This document shows positions 19,146-29,576 of a stretch of DNA of 64,000 bases, in pieces. The stretch comes from a virus. The notes under the pieces were generated by a model. The model ran no database searches, was not told the DNA's origin, and was given only the letters and a program-made list of their open reading frames with translations. The stretch lies in IMG/VR virus record IMGVR_UViG_3300036851_000172, positions 9,334 through 73,333 of that record; one strand, written 5' to 3'. Position numbers and translations under genes: made by a program. Numbering within the stretch: the first letter of the stretch is position 1; each line of letters opens with the position of its first letter.

Positions 19146-19429
19146 TGCCCCTTACGGCCATCAAGCTCGATAAGAGCGACCGGCGGCTCTATGTCAAGTC
19201 GGAAGACGATGTCGAGCCGATCCTCGAGCACAACAAGGCGCTGCGCAGCCAGGAGCAAAAGAGCGACTGGGGGCGCAGCATCGCAAACGTTCCTACCGTC
19301 ATTCTGCTGCAGTGGTTGAATGAGGCGTGGGAAAGCGGACACGATATCCGCTATCTCTCGGAAGAGTGGTATCGGTTGGTCTGGAAGAAATTGCAAGACC
19401 CTGACTGGAAATTTTTGAGGACGGATTAG
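19145..19429 (+). CDS. conserved head/neck-region protein
   Basis: DVEPILEHNK.LR...IANVP...W...LQDPDW.FLRT. Confidence 0.6.
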   Translation: MPLTAIKLDKSDRRLYVKSEDDVEPILEHNKALRSQEQKSDWGRSIANVPTVILLQWLNEAWESGHDIRYLSEEWYRLVWKKLQDPDWKFLRTD

Positions 19430-19884
19430 TGGCATACGGACCAAAACCGCGACCAATACTTGAGCGCTTCGAGGCGTTGACGATCCCAGAGCCAAATAGT
19501 GGCTGTTTTTTGTGGCTGGGGACCCTCGCCGGGAAGTATGGCGGGTTCAAAGTTGGCAGACAGACAGTTTATGCCCACCGATTTGCATGCGAGGCCGCAC
19601 ACGGTCCGATACCCCATCGGATGGAAGTTCTTCATGGTTGTGATAACAAGCTTTGTGTTAATCCCCAGCACCTATCCATTGGAACCTCTTCTCAAAACCA
19701 TAAGGATGCGTATAGGCGCGGCTTGAAAAGGGGGATCAGTGGGAGAGCAGTTTTATCTGAAGGTGATGTTAGGACTATCCGATCTTCATGCGAGACAAAT
19801 GCCGTTTTGGCTCGCAGATACAAAGTCAGTCTTACGGCAATTTCTAACGTCAAGAACCATGTAACTTGGAGGAATATCAAATGA
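19429..19884 (+). CDS. HNH homing endonuclease
   Basis: EPNSGC.LW.G...YG...AHR...VLHGCDN.LCVNP.HL; lower GC. Confidence 0.85.
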   Translation: MAYGPKPRPILERFEALTIPEPNSGCFLWLGTLAGKYGGFKVGRQTVYAHRFACEAAHGPIPHRMEVLHGCDNKLCVNPQHLSIGTSSQNHKDAYRRGLKRGISGRAVLSEGDVRTIRSSCETNAVLARRYKVSLTAISNVKNHVTWRNIK

Positions 19885-19985
19885 GCACCAAAGACGAGCA
19901 ACCCAAGGGCAAGCCAGTTCCACTCCCGCCGGATGACGGCATGGGCCAGGGCGGATCGGCACCTCTTCCAAAGCGGTGATAGACT

Positions 19986-20591
19986 GTGGCCATCAGTGAC
20001 TATGCGACGCTCCAGACTGCCGTTGATAACTGGCTCTCGCATCAGCTTTTCACCGCGCGCGTTCCTGAGTTCATTGCCCTGTTCGAGGCGACGGCAAACC
20101 GCCGGCTTCGTGTGCGGCAGCAGGAGACCTCAACCACGCTGACGCCATCGGCCGGAGAAGCCGCCATTCCGGCCGATTATCTTTCGTGGCGGCAGGCAAA
20201 GTGGACGGGTGATACTCCTGTTGTGTTGGAGTATGTCGAGCCGGATTATCTGGATGCAAGCCGTCCAATAGTGACCTCCGTGAACCCTACAATGTTCACG
20301 ATTGAGGGCGCGACGTTCCGGACCGGATCATCGGACACGACGGACATCAGTTTCAAATATTTTGCCAAGGTCGCATCGCTGTCGGATGTCGCTACGACCA
20401 ACTGGCTGCTGACTGCGCATCCTGACCTCTACCTGTTCGGCTCGTTGTGCGAGGCGGAAGCCTTTGGCAGCAATGACGAGCGCATCATGCTGTGGAAGGC
20501 GCGCAGGGATGAGGTTTTCGAGGAGATCGAGAAGCTGAGCAACAAGACGCGTGGTTCGGGTGTTGTGAAGGTGCTTGGGCCAACGCCGTGA
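19986..20591 (+). CDS. head-tail adaptor / tail tubular protein A
   Basis: YATLQTAV.NWL...FIAL.EA..NR.LR...TNWLLTAHPDLYLFGSL. Confidence 0.75.
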   Translation: MAISDYATLQTAVDNWLSHQLFTARVPEFIALFEATANRRLRVRQQETSTTLTPSAGEAAIPADYLSWRQAKWTGDTPVVLEYVEPDYLDASRPIVTSVNPTMFTIEGATFRTGSSDTTDISFKYFAKVASLSDVATTNWLLTAHPDLYLFGSLCEAEAFGSNDERIMLWKARRDEVFEEIEKLSNKTRGSGVVKVLGPTP

Positions 20592-22288
20592 GCGACATCC
20601 TGCCGTTCCCCGAGTGGGCTCCCGACCTCTCGCCATACAAGGGCATCAGTTCGCAGACCATCAAGAACGTTCTGCCGCGGGGTGACGGCTACATGCCGTT
20701 CAAGTCGTTCCAGGCGCTGACCGCGGCGCTCCCCGCTACCTGCCGCGGTTTTTTCTATGCAAAGAACACGGACGGCAGCATTACGGTTTTCGCCGGCACT
20801 TCTGATCGGCTCTACAGGTTGGACAACTCAACGCTGACCTGGGTGCCGGTCTCCAAGGTCACTGCGCTCACGTCGATCTCGAACGCCTCCCCGGCGGTGT
20901 TCACGCTCAACAGTCACGGCCGTGCCATAGGCGATGCGATTGTCCTGTCAACGTCAGGGGCATTGCCTACCGGCCTGACGGTCGGAACGGTCTACTACAT
21001 CATATCGGCAGGCTTCACGGCCAACGCGTTTCAGGTATCATTGACTCCCGGCGGGGCGGCGATCAACACGTCCTCTGCTGGTTCGGGTACGCACTCGTTC
21101 ACCGACGACTATACCGCACTCCCTACCGGGTATCATTGGCAGTTCGCGCAGTTCGGCTCGATTGTCATCGCGGTGCAGCCGAATGCAAACCCGCAGGCGT
21201 ACACACTTGGGAGCTCGGCGGCGTTTGCTGATCTGGCGGGATCGCCTCCGCAGGCTGCGTATATCGCCATCGTCGGGCGGTTTGTGGTCCTGACTGGCCT
21301 CACGTCAACTCCGTTCCGCATTCACTGGTCTGCCATCGGATCAGCCATCGGCTGGACGGCTGGCACGAATTCATCCGATACGCAGGACTTGCCGGACGGC
21401 GGCATTGTCCGAGGCGTGGCCGGCGGGGAGTATGGGGTGATCTTCCAAGAGACCGCCATGCGCCGGATGGTCTTTGCGCCGGGGTCGCCCACGGTTTTTG
21501 TGATTCAGAGGATCGCGGAAGATAAGGGCTTGCTGGCTCCGTATTCCATTATCCGGGCCGGTGAGAAAATCTTTTGGCTTGCCGCCCAAGGCTTTCATGG
21601 CATGGCCCCCACGGGGGTTCCGGAGGCAATCGGAAAGGAGAAGTTCGATCGGTTCTTCTTCGACAACTACAATTCCAGCGCTCTGCAACTCGTCATCGGC
21701 GCGGCTGATCCGCAGGCTACGAGGGTCTATTGGGCATTCCAGTCGTCGGCGGGCAGCGGCGGTAGTTTCGATTTCATTCTCTGCTATGATTACGGCATCG
21801 GCAGGCCGACGCTGATCGAGCAGAGCGGAGAATATCTCGCATCTCTGGCGGCGCCAGGGATCACGCTGGAGAGCTTGGATAGCATCAGTTCGTCGATCGA
21901 CGTCCTGACCCAATCACTTGATGATATCTCTACGGCCGCATTGGCGAGGCTCTCCGCGGTCAGCACCTCGCACATCGTTGGGTTTTATTCCGGTAGTAAC
22001 ATCGAGGCCACGCTCGACACCTCAGAACAGGCGGGGACCCGCAGGTTCCGCGTCAAGGGCTTTCGTCCCATCACGGATGCCGCCACTTGCTACGGATCGG
22101 TCGGAGCAAGGGAGACTGTGCAGGAGTCGGTGGCGTACTCCGCGGAGCAGGCTGTGAATGCTCGTGGTCTGTGTCCGGCCAATGTCTCCACGAGAATGGC
22201 CAGGGGTCGGCTGCGCATTCCGTCCGCTACGGCATGGACATTTGCGACGGGCGTCGAGCCTGAGGTTGGCCAGGAGGGTAGGAGGTAA
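20588..22288 (+). CDS. tail nozzle / stabilization protein (tubular B-like) with inserted beta domain
   Basis: PFPEWAPD start, WSAIG...W...SD.QD.PDGG; insert ISNASPAVFT..SHG...GD...YYII. Confidence 0.7.
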   Translation: MSDILPFPEWAPDLSPYKGISSQTIKNVLPRGDGYMPFKSFQALTAALPATCRGFFYAKNTDGSITVFAGTSDRLYRLDNSTLTWVPVSKVTALTSISNASPAVFTLNSHGRAIGDAIVLSTSGALPTGLTVGTVYYIISAGFTANAFQVSLTPGGAAINTSSAGSGTHSFTDDYTALPTGYHWQFAQFGSIVIAVQPNANPQAYTLGSSAAFADLAGSPPQAAYIAIVGRFVVLTGLTSTPFRIHWSAIGSAIGWTAGTNSSDTQDLPDGGIVRGVAGGEYGVIFQETAMRRMVFAPGSPTVFVIQRIAEDKGLLAPYSIIRAGEKIFWLAAQGFHGMAPTGVPEAIGKEKFDRFFFDNYNSSALQLVIGAADPQATRVYWAFQSSAGSGGSFDFILCYDYGIGRPTLIEQSGEYLASLAAPGITLESLDSISSSIDVLTQSLDDISTAALARLSAVSTSHIVGFYSGSNIEATLDTSEQAGTRRFRVKGFRPITDAATCYGSVGARETVQESVAYSAEQAVNARGLCPANVSTRMARGRLRIPSATAWTFATGVEPEVGQEGRR

Positions 22289-22827
22289 TGGCTAGTCTTC
22301 CGGTCCTGCCGGCCACGGAGCAAGACTTCTTCAAGATCGTCTCGAATATTAATCAGTTGGCTGAGTATCTCAACCGTGGCCAATTCGTCGGAACAAGCAC
22401 GAACGATAATGCGACAGCGGGAAGCGTTGGTGAATATGTCTCCTCCATCATCACGGCAGCCAGCAAGGTTGCTCTTACAACCGCTGTTGCCGCTGACATC
22501 ACCAACATCAGCTTAACGGCCGGTGATTGGGATGTCTGGGTCAACGGGTTCTTTAATCCTGCTGGAACGACGGTGACCACATTTGGCGTCTTGTGCGTCT
22601 CGCTGGTCAGCGCAACGCTCGATACGACTATCGGTCGCGTGGGCATTCTCTCGATCCCGGCAGCCGGCTTTACAGGTGCGGGTAGTGGCGGAAACATCAC
22701 GACCAACACCGGACCAGTAAGATTCAGCCTAGCAAGTACGACAACGCTTTACTTCGTCGCTCGGGCGGATTTCACCACCAGCACATGTCATGCCTACGGC
22801 GGCATCTTCGCTAGGCGCGTCCGGTAA
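22288..22827 (+). CDS. putative tail needle/virion protein
   Basis: GTSTNDNA.AG.VGEY...ISLTAGDWDV...ARRVR. Confidence 0.55.
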   Translation: MASLPVLPATEQDFFKIVSNINQLAEYLNRGQFVGTSTNDNATAGSVGEYVSSIITAASKVALTTAVAADITNISLTAGDWDVWVNGFFNPAGTTVTTFGVLCVSLVSATLDTTIGRVGILSIPAAGFTGAGSGGNITTNTGPVRFSLASTTTLYFVARADFTTSTCHAYGGIFARRVR

Positions 22828-22987
22828 TAGCAAGACGTAACTGAAGCTGCTCGATCATGTCGAACAGGATTTTCTGCTCTGTGCACAGTCGCAGGATTTC
22901 GGACTGTGCTTCAGGCAGCGTCTGCGGCAATGCGGGCTCGTCTTGAGGTTCTTTTGTCGGTCCGTATCGCTTCTCGAAATTGATCAT
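22811..22987 (-). CDS. small antisense coiled-coil protein
   Basis: 58-aa ORF filling an intergenic gap. Confidence 0.35.
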   Translation of the reverse strand: MINFEKRYGPTKEPQDEPALPQTLPEAQSEILRLCTEQKILFDMIEQLQLRLAITGRA

Positions 22988-23006
22988 GTCAACCATGGGA
23001 TGCCTC

Positions 23007-23411
23007 GTGCAACTGATCTGCATTCCGCCGGACGTGGTCGATCAGGTCTGGCCCAGGATATCAGGCCTGATCTTCGTTGCAATGAAGAAGGGACAGGTCG
23101 GATCGTTCGAGGTGGTCAAGAACGACATCCTGTCCGGCCGCTCACTTCTGTGGGTGGCGTGGGACGGCGTCAGTCCAACCATCGAGGCCGCCGCGGTCAC
23201 TCGTATCGAAGAGACGGAGTGGCGTCGGGTCTGCACCATTGTTGCCTGCGGCGGCGCTCACATGGAGCGCTGGATACATCTGCTCGATACGATCGAGGAC
23301 TACGGGCGAACCGAGAAGTGCTCGGCAGCGCGCATTTATGGAAGAGAGGGTTGGCACAGGATGCTTCCCTCTTATCGACGCAAGCGCGTCATCTTAGAGA
23401 AAGCGCTATAG
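23007..23411 (+). CDS. GNAT-like podovirus morphogenesis protein
   Basis: VW...LWVAW...AAVT...VACGG..M..W...IE.Y...C....YGR.GW. Confidence 0.6.
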   Translation: MQLICIPPDVVDQVWPRISGLIFVAMKKGQVGSFEVVKNDILSGRSLLWVAWDGVSPTIEAAAVTRIEETEWRRVCTIVACGGAHMERWIHLLDTIEDYGRTEKCSAARIYGREGWHRMLPSYRRKRVILEKAL

Positions 23412-23420
23412 GAGGCGACG

Positions 23421-24056
23421 GTGGGAGGTCAGAGCCAAAGTGACCAACAACAGTCCCAGACCACAACTCCGTATGGTCCGGCGCAGGCCCAACTCAATCC
23501 GCTGCTGAACCAACTCGGCACGATGGGGCCGACCGCGGATCGCACTGGGATGGTGAGCGATGCCTACTCGCAATATCAGACCAACCTTGCGCCAACGGCG
23601 AGCGGACAGTTCCTTGACCCCAACTCAAACCCGTTCTTCTCGCAAGCCGCTACCGGCGTTGCCGACAGCGTACAGGGTCGGTTGAGCGCTCTCTATGCCG
23701 GGTCGGGACGTGATCCCGCAGGGGCTGGGAGCTACGGTGGAAACCTCGGTAAGGGAATAGCCGAGGCTTTGGCGCCCATGTACGCCAACCAATACAATGC
23801 CGAACGGCAGAATCAGCTGGCAGCGCAGAACAGTCTCTACGGGGCGGGCGGCCAGACGGCGGGGCTCTTGTCCAGCCTGGATCAGATTCCCCTTCAACAG
23901 TTGCTGGCCAAGATGGGTGCCGTGCTTCCTGCGGCGTCGGCGTTCGGCACGACGACGGGCACTCAATCCGGGACCAAGGAAATGTCAGCAGTGGAGGAGG
24001 CGTCGGGCTGGGCCAACCTCGCCGGAAGTCTCTTTGGCGGCGGAAAGAAGGGCTAA
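23421..24056 (+). CDS. internal virion / ejection protein
   Basis: MGG-Q/S/T-rich start, Gly/Gln-rich; position in the tail module. Confidence 0.6.
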   Translation: MGGQSQSDQQQSQTTTPYGPAQAQLNPLLNQLGTMGPTADRTGMVSDAYSQYQTNLAPTASGQFLDPNSNPFFSQAATGVADSVQGRLSALYAGSGRDPAGAGSYGGNLGKGIAEALAPMYANQYNAERQNQLAAQNSLYGAGGQTAGLLSSLDQIPLQQLLAKMGAVLPAASAFGTTTGTQSGTKEMSAVEEASGWANLAGSLFGGGKKG

Positions 24057-24059
24057 GCC

Positions 24060-24731
24060 ATGTATCCACAACTAGACCTCCGGCAGTTGATGGCGATGTA
24101 TGCGCCCCGCCAAATGCAGTTTGCTCCGCAGCAGCAAGATCAGCGCATGCAGCAGCAGCAAGGTGGCGGCGGTGGTAGTGGCCCACTCAACCCGTCGAAT
24201 CTCAAGCAATGGCAAGAGCTATTCCAGGGCGGCGGCGGCACAGGAGGCATGGCGGCTGGTGGTGAGGCCGCCCCGATTGGGTTGGTTGGAGACTACAGTG
24301 GAGCCATGGGAGCCAGTGCGGCCCCTATGGCCATGGAAGGGGCCGGGCTCGCCGGTGGCGCGGCAGGAGGTGCGGCTGGTGGCATGGGTGCCGCTGGAGC
24401 CGCTGAAGGACTTGGTGCCGGTGGCGCTGCGCTGGGCGAGGGCATGGCAGGATTGGGGGCCGGGATGGGCGAGGGGCTGGCGGCTCTCTTCGCGCTGTTC
24501 TCTGATCCCCGCGTGAAGGAAAACAAGGCGCCGGTTGGCAAGCTCTACGACGGCACGCCGGTGTGGTCCTACAACTACATCGGGGATCCCACGCCTCGCA
24601 TTGGTCTGATGGCCAACGAGGTGCGGCCGGATGCTGTCTTTGATGTCGGCGGCGTCAAGGCTGTCAACTACGGCCGCGCTACGGAGAACGCGCGTGCGAT
24701 CGGCGGCATCCTCGGGGACCTCGGAGCCTGA
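24060..24731 (+). CDS. Gly/Ala-rich virion protein with peptidase S74-like chaperone domain
   Basis: FSDPRVKEN..PVGKL.DG..V.SYNY.GD....IGLMA.EV...VNY. Confidence 0.7.
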   Translation: MYPQLDLRQLMAMYAPRQMQFAPQQQDQRMQQQQGGGGGSGPLNPSNLKQWQELFQGGGGTGGMAAGGEAAPIGLVGDYSGAMGASAAPMAMEGAGLAGGAAGGAAGGMGAAGAAEGLGAGGAALGEGMAGLGAGMGEGLAALFALFSDPRVKENKAPVGKLYDGTPVWSYNYIGDPTPRIGLMANEVRPDAVFDVGGVKAVNYGRATENARAIGGILGDLGA

Positions 24732-24733
24732 CC

Positions 24734-25981
24734 ATGGGCCTCTTCGACGGCGCATTTGGTGGCGGTGGGACAGGTATCCTGCCGGACTGGCTGTGGCAGA
24801 ATCCTCAGGCCATGGCTCAACAGCCCAATGCCATGGCGGGCGGCTCTCCGGCGGGCAGCTTTGCGGACATGTGGAGTGGTGTTTCCGCGATGCCGCGCAT
24901 GCAGTCCGTGGAGAGCTCGCCGCTGTCGATTCCAGAAATGCTGGGCGGTGGCCGCATGGCCTACTCCCCGCAGTCTCAGCCCGCTATTAATCCATTCAAT
25001 GCCGGTGATGAGAGGGGCGCCCCTCAGCCAGCCCTGCAGGCGGCTCCGAGTGCAGCGCAGGCGCCCGCTGAGATTGGCTTTGGTGATCGGCTGCTTGCCG
25101 GTCTGCTGAGCTTCGGCAACAGCGGAGCGCCGATCCCGGCAATTGCAAATCTGATTGGTGGCCTTGCTACTGGGCAGCGTACAGACCCAATGGCGATGGC
25201 GTTGGCCCAAAGACAACTGCGGCAGCAACCTGCCGACATTCTTGAATATGAATATGCTAAGGGGCAAGGTTATAAGGGCACGCTGCAGGACTGGATTGCG
25301 AACAAGCGCGCGGGTGCTGGTGAGTATGGCCTAAACCCGATCTACGGCGTTGATGCGCAGGGCAATCCCACTGTCATGCAGCTCGGCAAGGGCGGCGTGG
25401 CCACGCAATCGAAACTCCCGGAAGGCGTGAAGATTTCGAAGGACCCGATCAAGCTGGATGCGGGTACACACTGGGTCATTCTTGATCCCACGACACGGCA
25501 GCCCGTGGCGACGGTGCCGAAGGACCTTGCTGGCGCTGAGAGGCAGAAGGAACTGGGCCAGGCCGGCGGCAAGGCTGAATTCGACCTTCCGCGCATCGAG
25601 CAGAATGCCGAGCAAGCGCTACAGACCATCAACCAAATCCGCAATCATCCCGGCAAGCAGTATTCTGTGGGCGTGCCCGGTATTGTTCCTGGTGTCCCTG
25701 GCACCCAGCAAAAGGACTTCGTCTCTCTGGTCGATCAGGCCAAGGGTAAGGCGTTCCTAGAAGCCTTCAACTCGCTCAAGGGTGGCGGCCAGATTACCGA
25801 GGTCGAGGGCAAGAAGGCGACCGATGCCATTGCGCGGCTTGACCGGACGCAGAGCAAGGAAGGGTTCGAGCAGGCTTTGAAGGACCTTGAGTCCGTGATC
25901 CGGGTTGGTATCGCACGGGCACGGCAGCAGGCCGGTAAGGGCGGCAAACTGCAGGCGCCCGACCCATTGGGAATTCGCTGA
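24734..25981 (+). CDS. DNA ejection / internal virion protein
   Basis: EYEYAK.QG..G...W; AF..LKGGGQITEVEG.KA..A.ARL. Confidence 0.6.
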   Translation: MGLFDGAFGGGGTGILPDWLWQNPQAMAQQPNAMAGGSPAGSFADMWSGVSAMPRMQSVESSPLSIPEMLGGGRMAYSPQSQPAINPFNAGDERGAPQPALQAAPSAAQAPAEIGFGDRLLAGLLSFGNSGAPIPAIANLIGGLATGQRTDPMAMALAQRQLRQQPADILEYEYAKGQGYKGTLQDWIANKRAGAGEYGLNPIYGVDAQGNPTVMQLGKGGVATQSKLPEGVKISKDPIKLDAGTHWVILDPTTRQPVATVPKDLAGAERQKELGQAGGKAEFDLPRIEQNAEQALQTINQIRNHPGKQYSVGVPGIVPGVPGTQQKDFVSLVDQAKGKAFLEAFNSLKGGGQITEVEGKKATDAIARLDRTQSKEGFEQALKDLESVIRVGIARARQQAGKGGKLQAPDPLGIR

Positions 25982-27600
25982 TGCCGACGATCTCCGAAAT
26001 CCGCGAGCAGTATCCGCAGTACAGTGACATGTCGGATGCTGACTTGGCGGGCGCGCTGCATAAGAAATTCTACAGCGATATGCCGGAAGCCGACTTTATG
26101 ACAAAGATCGGTATGTCCGCGCCTGTTGCGGAGCCGTCAGTGGACATCGGCGCTGATGCACTGAAGTCGGGCGGTATCGGTATTGCTAAGGGCGCGATTG
26201 GTCTGGGTGGGCTTCCGGGCGATATCCGCTCACTCGCCTCATCTGCTACCGATTACGTCGGCGGCAAGCTCGGCGTCTCTCCAGAGACGATTGCGGCGCT
26301 GAAACGCAATGTAGCAACGGCTACGCCTATATCTGCCGCGCTGTCGGTCGCGCCGACCTCGCAACAGATTCAGTCTGGGGTCGAGAGTGTCACCGGAGAG
26401 TTCTACAAGCCGCAATCCCTGGCCGGTGAATATGCCCAGACCGTTGGCGAGTTCTTGCCGGGCGCCGTTGCGGGGCCGGGTGGCATTGCGCGCCGAGCGG
26501 TCGGGCAAGTGCTTGCGCCAGCCTTGACCAGTGAAACCGCAGGACAGGCAACGAAGGGAACGGCGCTCGAGCCTTACGCCCGCATTGCCGGCGGTGTGGC
26601 TGGTGGTCTTGCCGGAGCAAGGGCTACGTCACCGAAAGCCGCCGCCGCTCCAGCTATTGAGCAGGTTCAGCAGGCCGCGACTCAGGGCTACAAGAGCCCG
26701 GAGGTCACCAGCGTTGTATTCAATCCGAATTCTGTGCAGAGGCTTTCCAATTCGGTTTTGTCCGAACTGGACCGAGCAAAGCTGAATGTAAAGCGCGCTC
26801 CCGAAACGCGCGGATTAATTGACGATCTCAAGACGCCTATAAATGGCGCAGCTCACACAGTCGAGGACTTGCAGACGACGCGCGAGCTTCTGGGGAAGGT
26901 GGCAGGGAATTTTACCAATACGGTGGAGCAGGCCGCCGCATCCAAGGCGATCTCTGCTCTTGATAAGTATCTCGCCAACGTTCCACAGTCACACCTATTG
27001 GCCGGTGATGCGAAGGCGGCAAATGCTGCGATGACGGCAGCGCGAGGCAACTATGCCAGCGCCAAGACCGCAGAGCGGGTTGCCGAGAAATTGAAAAATG
27101 CCGAGCTTCAAGCTGGGTCCGCACACTCCGGCGGCAACATCGACAACGCCACGCGGCAGAAGCTTCGTACGCTCCTGACCAGCAAGAAGGGAAAACGTGG
27201 TTTCACCGAGGACGAGTTGGCACAACTGGAGACGGCCGTTGTCGGGTCCCGCACCGGAAATCTGCTGCGTGCCGGCGGTAAGCTGCTTGGTGGCGGTGGA
27301 GGTCTTGGTGCCGGTATCTACGGTCTCGCCAGCACGGTCGCCAATCCATTGCTCGCCGTGGCGCCAGCAGTTGGGTATGGGCTCAAGACGGCGGGCGATG
27401 CCATGACGCGCCGTCAGGCCCAAGCTGCTTTGCAGGCGATCTTGGCCCGGTCTCCCTTGGGGCAATCGATGGGGGCGGGGGTTCGGCCTCCGAATGTGGG
27501 CGCGATACGGTCCGGCCTTTTGGGTGGCCTCTTGGGCTCGACCGAGCCCCGCGCGCCATCACTCTTGCCGTTTGATCAGCGATGGCAACCCATACAATAG
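25981..27600 (+). CDS. DNA transfer / internal virion protein
   Basis: IREQYPQYSDMSD..LA.ALH.KFYSD start; Ala/Gly-rich. Confidence 0.6.
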   Translation: MPTISEIREQYPQYSDMSDADLAGALHKKFYSDMPEADFMTKIGMSAPVAEPSVDIGADALKSGGIGIAKGAIGLGGLPGDIRSLASSATDYVGGKLGVSPETIAALKRNVATATPISAALSVAPTSQQIQSGVESVTGEFYKPQSLAGEYAQTVGEFLPGAVAGPGGIARRAVGQVLAPALTSETAGQATKGTALEPYARIAGGVAGGLAGARATSPKAAAAPAIEQVQQAATQGYKSPEVTSVVFNPNSVQRLSNSVLSELDRAKLNVKRAPETRGLIDDLKTPINGAAHTVEDLQTTRELLGKVAGNFTNTVEQAAASKAISALDKYLANVPQSHLLAGDAKAANAAMTAARGNYASAKTAERVAEKLKNAELQAGSAHSGGNIDNATRQKLRTLLTSKKGKRGFTEDELAQLETAVVGSRTGNLLRAGGKLLGGGGGLGAGIYGLASTVANPLLAVAPAVGYGLKTAGDAMTRRQAQAALQAILARSPLGQSMGAGVRPPNVGAIRSGLLGGLLGSTEPRAPSLLPFDQRWQPIQ

Positions 27601-27802
27601 TTACGATGAAGGCTGCGCCGACACCAAGAAGGCAGGCTAGCCACGGGTTCGGCGTCCACTGAAAATAGACGTTGCCGCACAGAACGGCCGAGAACACGGC
27701 CACCTGTACCAAGTGTTTCCACCCGAACCTGTAGAGAGCCAGGACACCACAGAGGGCGAATAGCCCGATGGTGAACCAGAGCGCCTGTTCCTCGGAAAGC
27801 AT
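27383..27802 (-). CDS. antisense membrane protein (about 3 TM helices)
   Basis: Three hydrophobic stretches in the first 75 aa; convergent with the ejection gene. Confidence 0.5.
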   Translation of the reverse strand: MLSEEQALWFTIGLFALCGVLALYRFGWKHLVQVAVFSAVLCGNVYFQWTPNPWLACLLGVGAAFIVTIVWVAIADQTARVMARGARSSPRGHPKGRTVSRPHSEAEPPPPSIAPRETGPRSPAKQLGPDGASWHRPPS

Positions 27803-27866
27803 GTGCTGAGCCTACCACGTCCCTGACAATCCCAACAATAGGCGCAAAATCCCATGGAGGCCCGCT

Positions 27867-28739
27867 TTGACCTGGTATAAGTGGAGTGTAACCGCGGCAT
27901 CCAACGCCACGGCGGACAGCACTATCAATTGGGCAGAAGGCCAGGCCCCGTCATCGGTGAACGATTCCGCACGCGGCATGATGGCCGCTGCTGCGAAGTA
28001 TCGCAAAGACTTGGGCGGCGTCACGACTGGCGGTTCCTCGACCGCCTACACCATCACGTCGAATCAAGTCTTCGACTTGCTCGCCAACATGAGCGGGAAC
28101 ATCGTCACTATCATTCCTCACACGACCTCAGGGGCCTCGCCTACGCTCAATGTGGATGGCCTTGGCGCCAAGGCTCTTAACGTCTCGACTACTGTAGCCA
28201 TCCCCACGGGGGCGCTCGTCACTGGCTCGCCTTACAGCTTTGTGTACGTCAACGCCTCGAACGAGTTCATCCTCATCAATTCCACTGCGGTGCTGCAAAC
28301 CATCAGCGCCACTACAGCGTCCGGAGACATGGTTGCCTCGCAGGCGGTCATGGAGACCGGCACCTCGACAAGCACGCTGACCTCGCCGGGTCGGCAGCAC
28401 TTCAATCCGAGGCATCCGAAGGCGTGGGCCAATTTCAGCGGCGAGGGAACGCCGGCAGTCACGGTAGGAACTGGCGTTTCGTCGATCACAGATAACGGCG
28501 CGGGTGACTATGCCGTGAACTGGACAACGTCATTTTCGACGGCGAACTATTGCACGGTGGGCAACGGGGGAACGCCAGCCAGCGGCGCATCAATGATTCT
28601 TGCTTTTGACAGGTCAACTGCGGCAGCACAGGTGGCACCCACGGCATCATCGGTACGTCTCAATATCGCCAACTTTGGCACCGGCGTCCTGACGGACACC
28701 AATCGCGTCTATATTGCGGCATTCGGAGACTTTGCGTGA
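27867..28739 (+). CDS. tail fibre protein
   Basis: WS.TAASN...NWAEGQAPSSVNDSAR.MMA; C-terminal KAWANF.G...VSSITDNG.GDY.VN. Confidence 0.75.
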   Translation: MTWYKWSVTAASNATADSTINWAEGQAPSSVNDSARGMMAAAAKYRKDLGGVTTGGSSTAYTITSNQVFDLLANMSGNIVTIIPHTTSGASPTLNVDGLGAKALNVSTTVAIPTGALVTGSPYSFVYVNASNEFILINSTAVLQTISATTASGDMVASQAVMETGTSTSTLTSPGRQHFNPRHPKAWANFSGEGTPAVTVGTGVSSITDNGAGDYAVNWTTSFSTANYCTVGNGGTPASGASMILAFDRSTAAAQVAPTASSVRLNIANFGTGVLTDTNRVYIAAFGDFA

Positions 28740-29296
28740 TCATCTTCTCGACCAGGCCGGATGGCGGCGTTTCCACGATAGCCCCCTCTGCAGAGATCAT
28801 GTCGTTCTTTACGTTGGGCGGCAAGCCAAAGAAAATGTATTGCGGTCGCGTTGATGGACAGATCAACGCCATTGTTCAAGAAGGCATCCGAGAATCGGTG
28901 GCCGTTCGTTGGGTCAAGGCCGTTCGCGAAGGCGGGCTTACCGATGCGGAGGCCTATGAACTCATCAGGGACCGGCAGGTAAAGCCGGATTGGACCGGGC
29001 ACGAGCTTTGGGAGTCGGGTCCGCAGGACCGCTGGTTTCGCAATGCCTGGAGGCGCTCGCCCAACGGCGGCCCGATCTACGTTGATCTCAGCAGGGCGCG
29101 GCCAATCCAGTTCAAGCACATCCGCACTGCGATCGAGGTCGAAAATAAACGGCGCGCGGACGATATCGACCTGTTCGACGCGCCGATTGAATGTGATCTG
29201 CTGAAGGTCAGACAGCGCATTCTCGCCGCATCGGACGAGATCGAGCTTCGTATGATCTGGCCTAAAGGCGTGCCTTGTGGCGCGGGTAGAGCGTAA
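28736..29296 (+). CDS. tail-fibre-associated protein
   Basis: DRWFRNAW motif, ends IWP; directly after the fibre gene. Confidence 0.5.
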   Translation: MIIFSTRPDGGVSTIAPSAEIMSFFTLGGKPKKMYCGRVDGQINAIVQEGIRESVAVRWVKAVREGGLTDAEAYELIRDRQVKPDWTGHELWESGPQDRWFRNAWRRSPNGGPIYVDLSRARPIQFKHIRTAIEVENKRRADDIDLFDAPIECDLLKVRQRILAASDEIELRMIWPKGVPCGAGRA

Positions 29297-29576
29297 GGTC
29301 GCCTCGGATGCCCGCTTGATCGAGTTCGTCATCACAGCGCTTCAGCAGGAAAAAGGCGGGGATTACGAACAGTAGCCCCACGCACACAAATACGCTGCCG
29401 ATAGCGAGCGGCACGAAGGCCAACAGGTATCCGACGCGTTTCATAGGCCAACTGTAACCCAAGGCTCCCGACATGGAAACCCTGTTCGCCGGCCTTGCCA
29501 TCACAGCGGGGCTCGCCGCCCTGTTTGTTGTCTTCCCCTGGCTGTTGATGTTTTGGCCGGGGTTTGATGCATTCAA

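Noticed and set aside
24220-24490. Gly/Ala repeat as a collagen-like or diversity-generating region
   Set aside because: No Gly-X-Y register, no template/variable repeat pair and no reverse transcriptase in the window; ordinary low complexity of ejection proteins.
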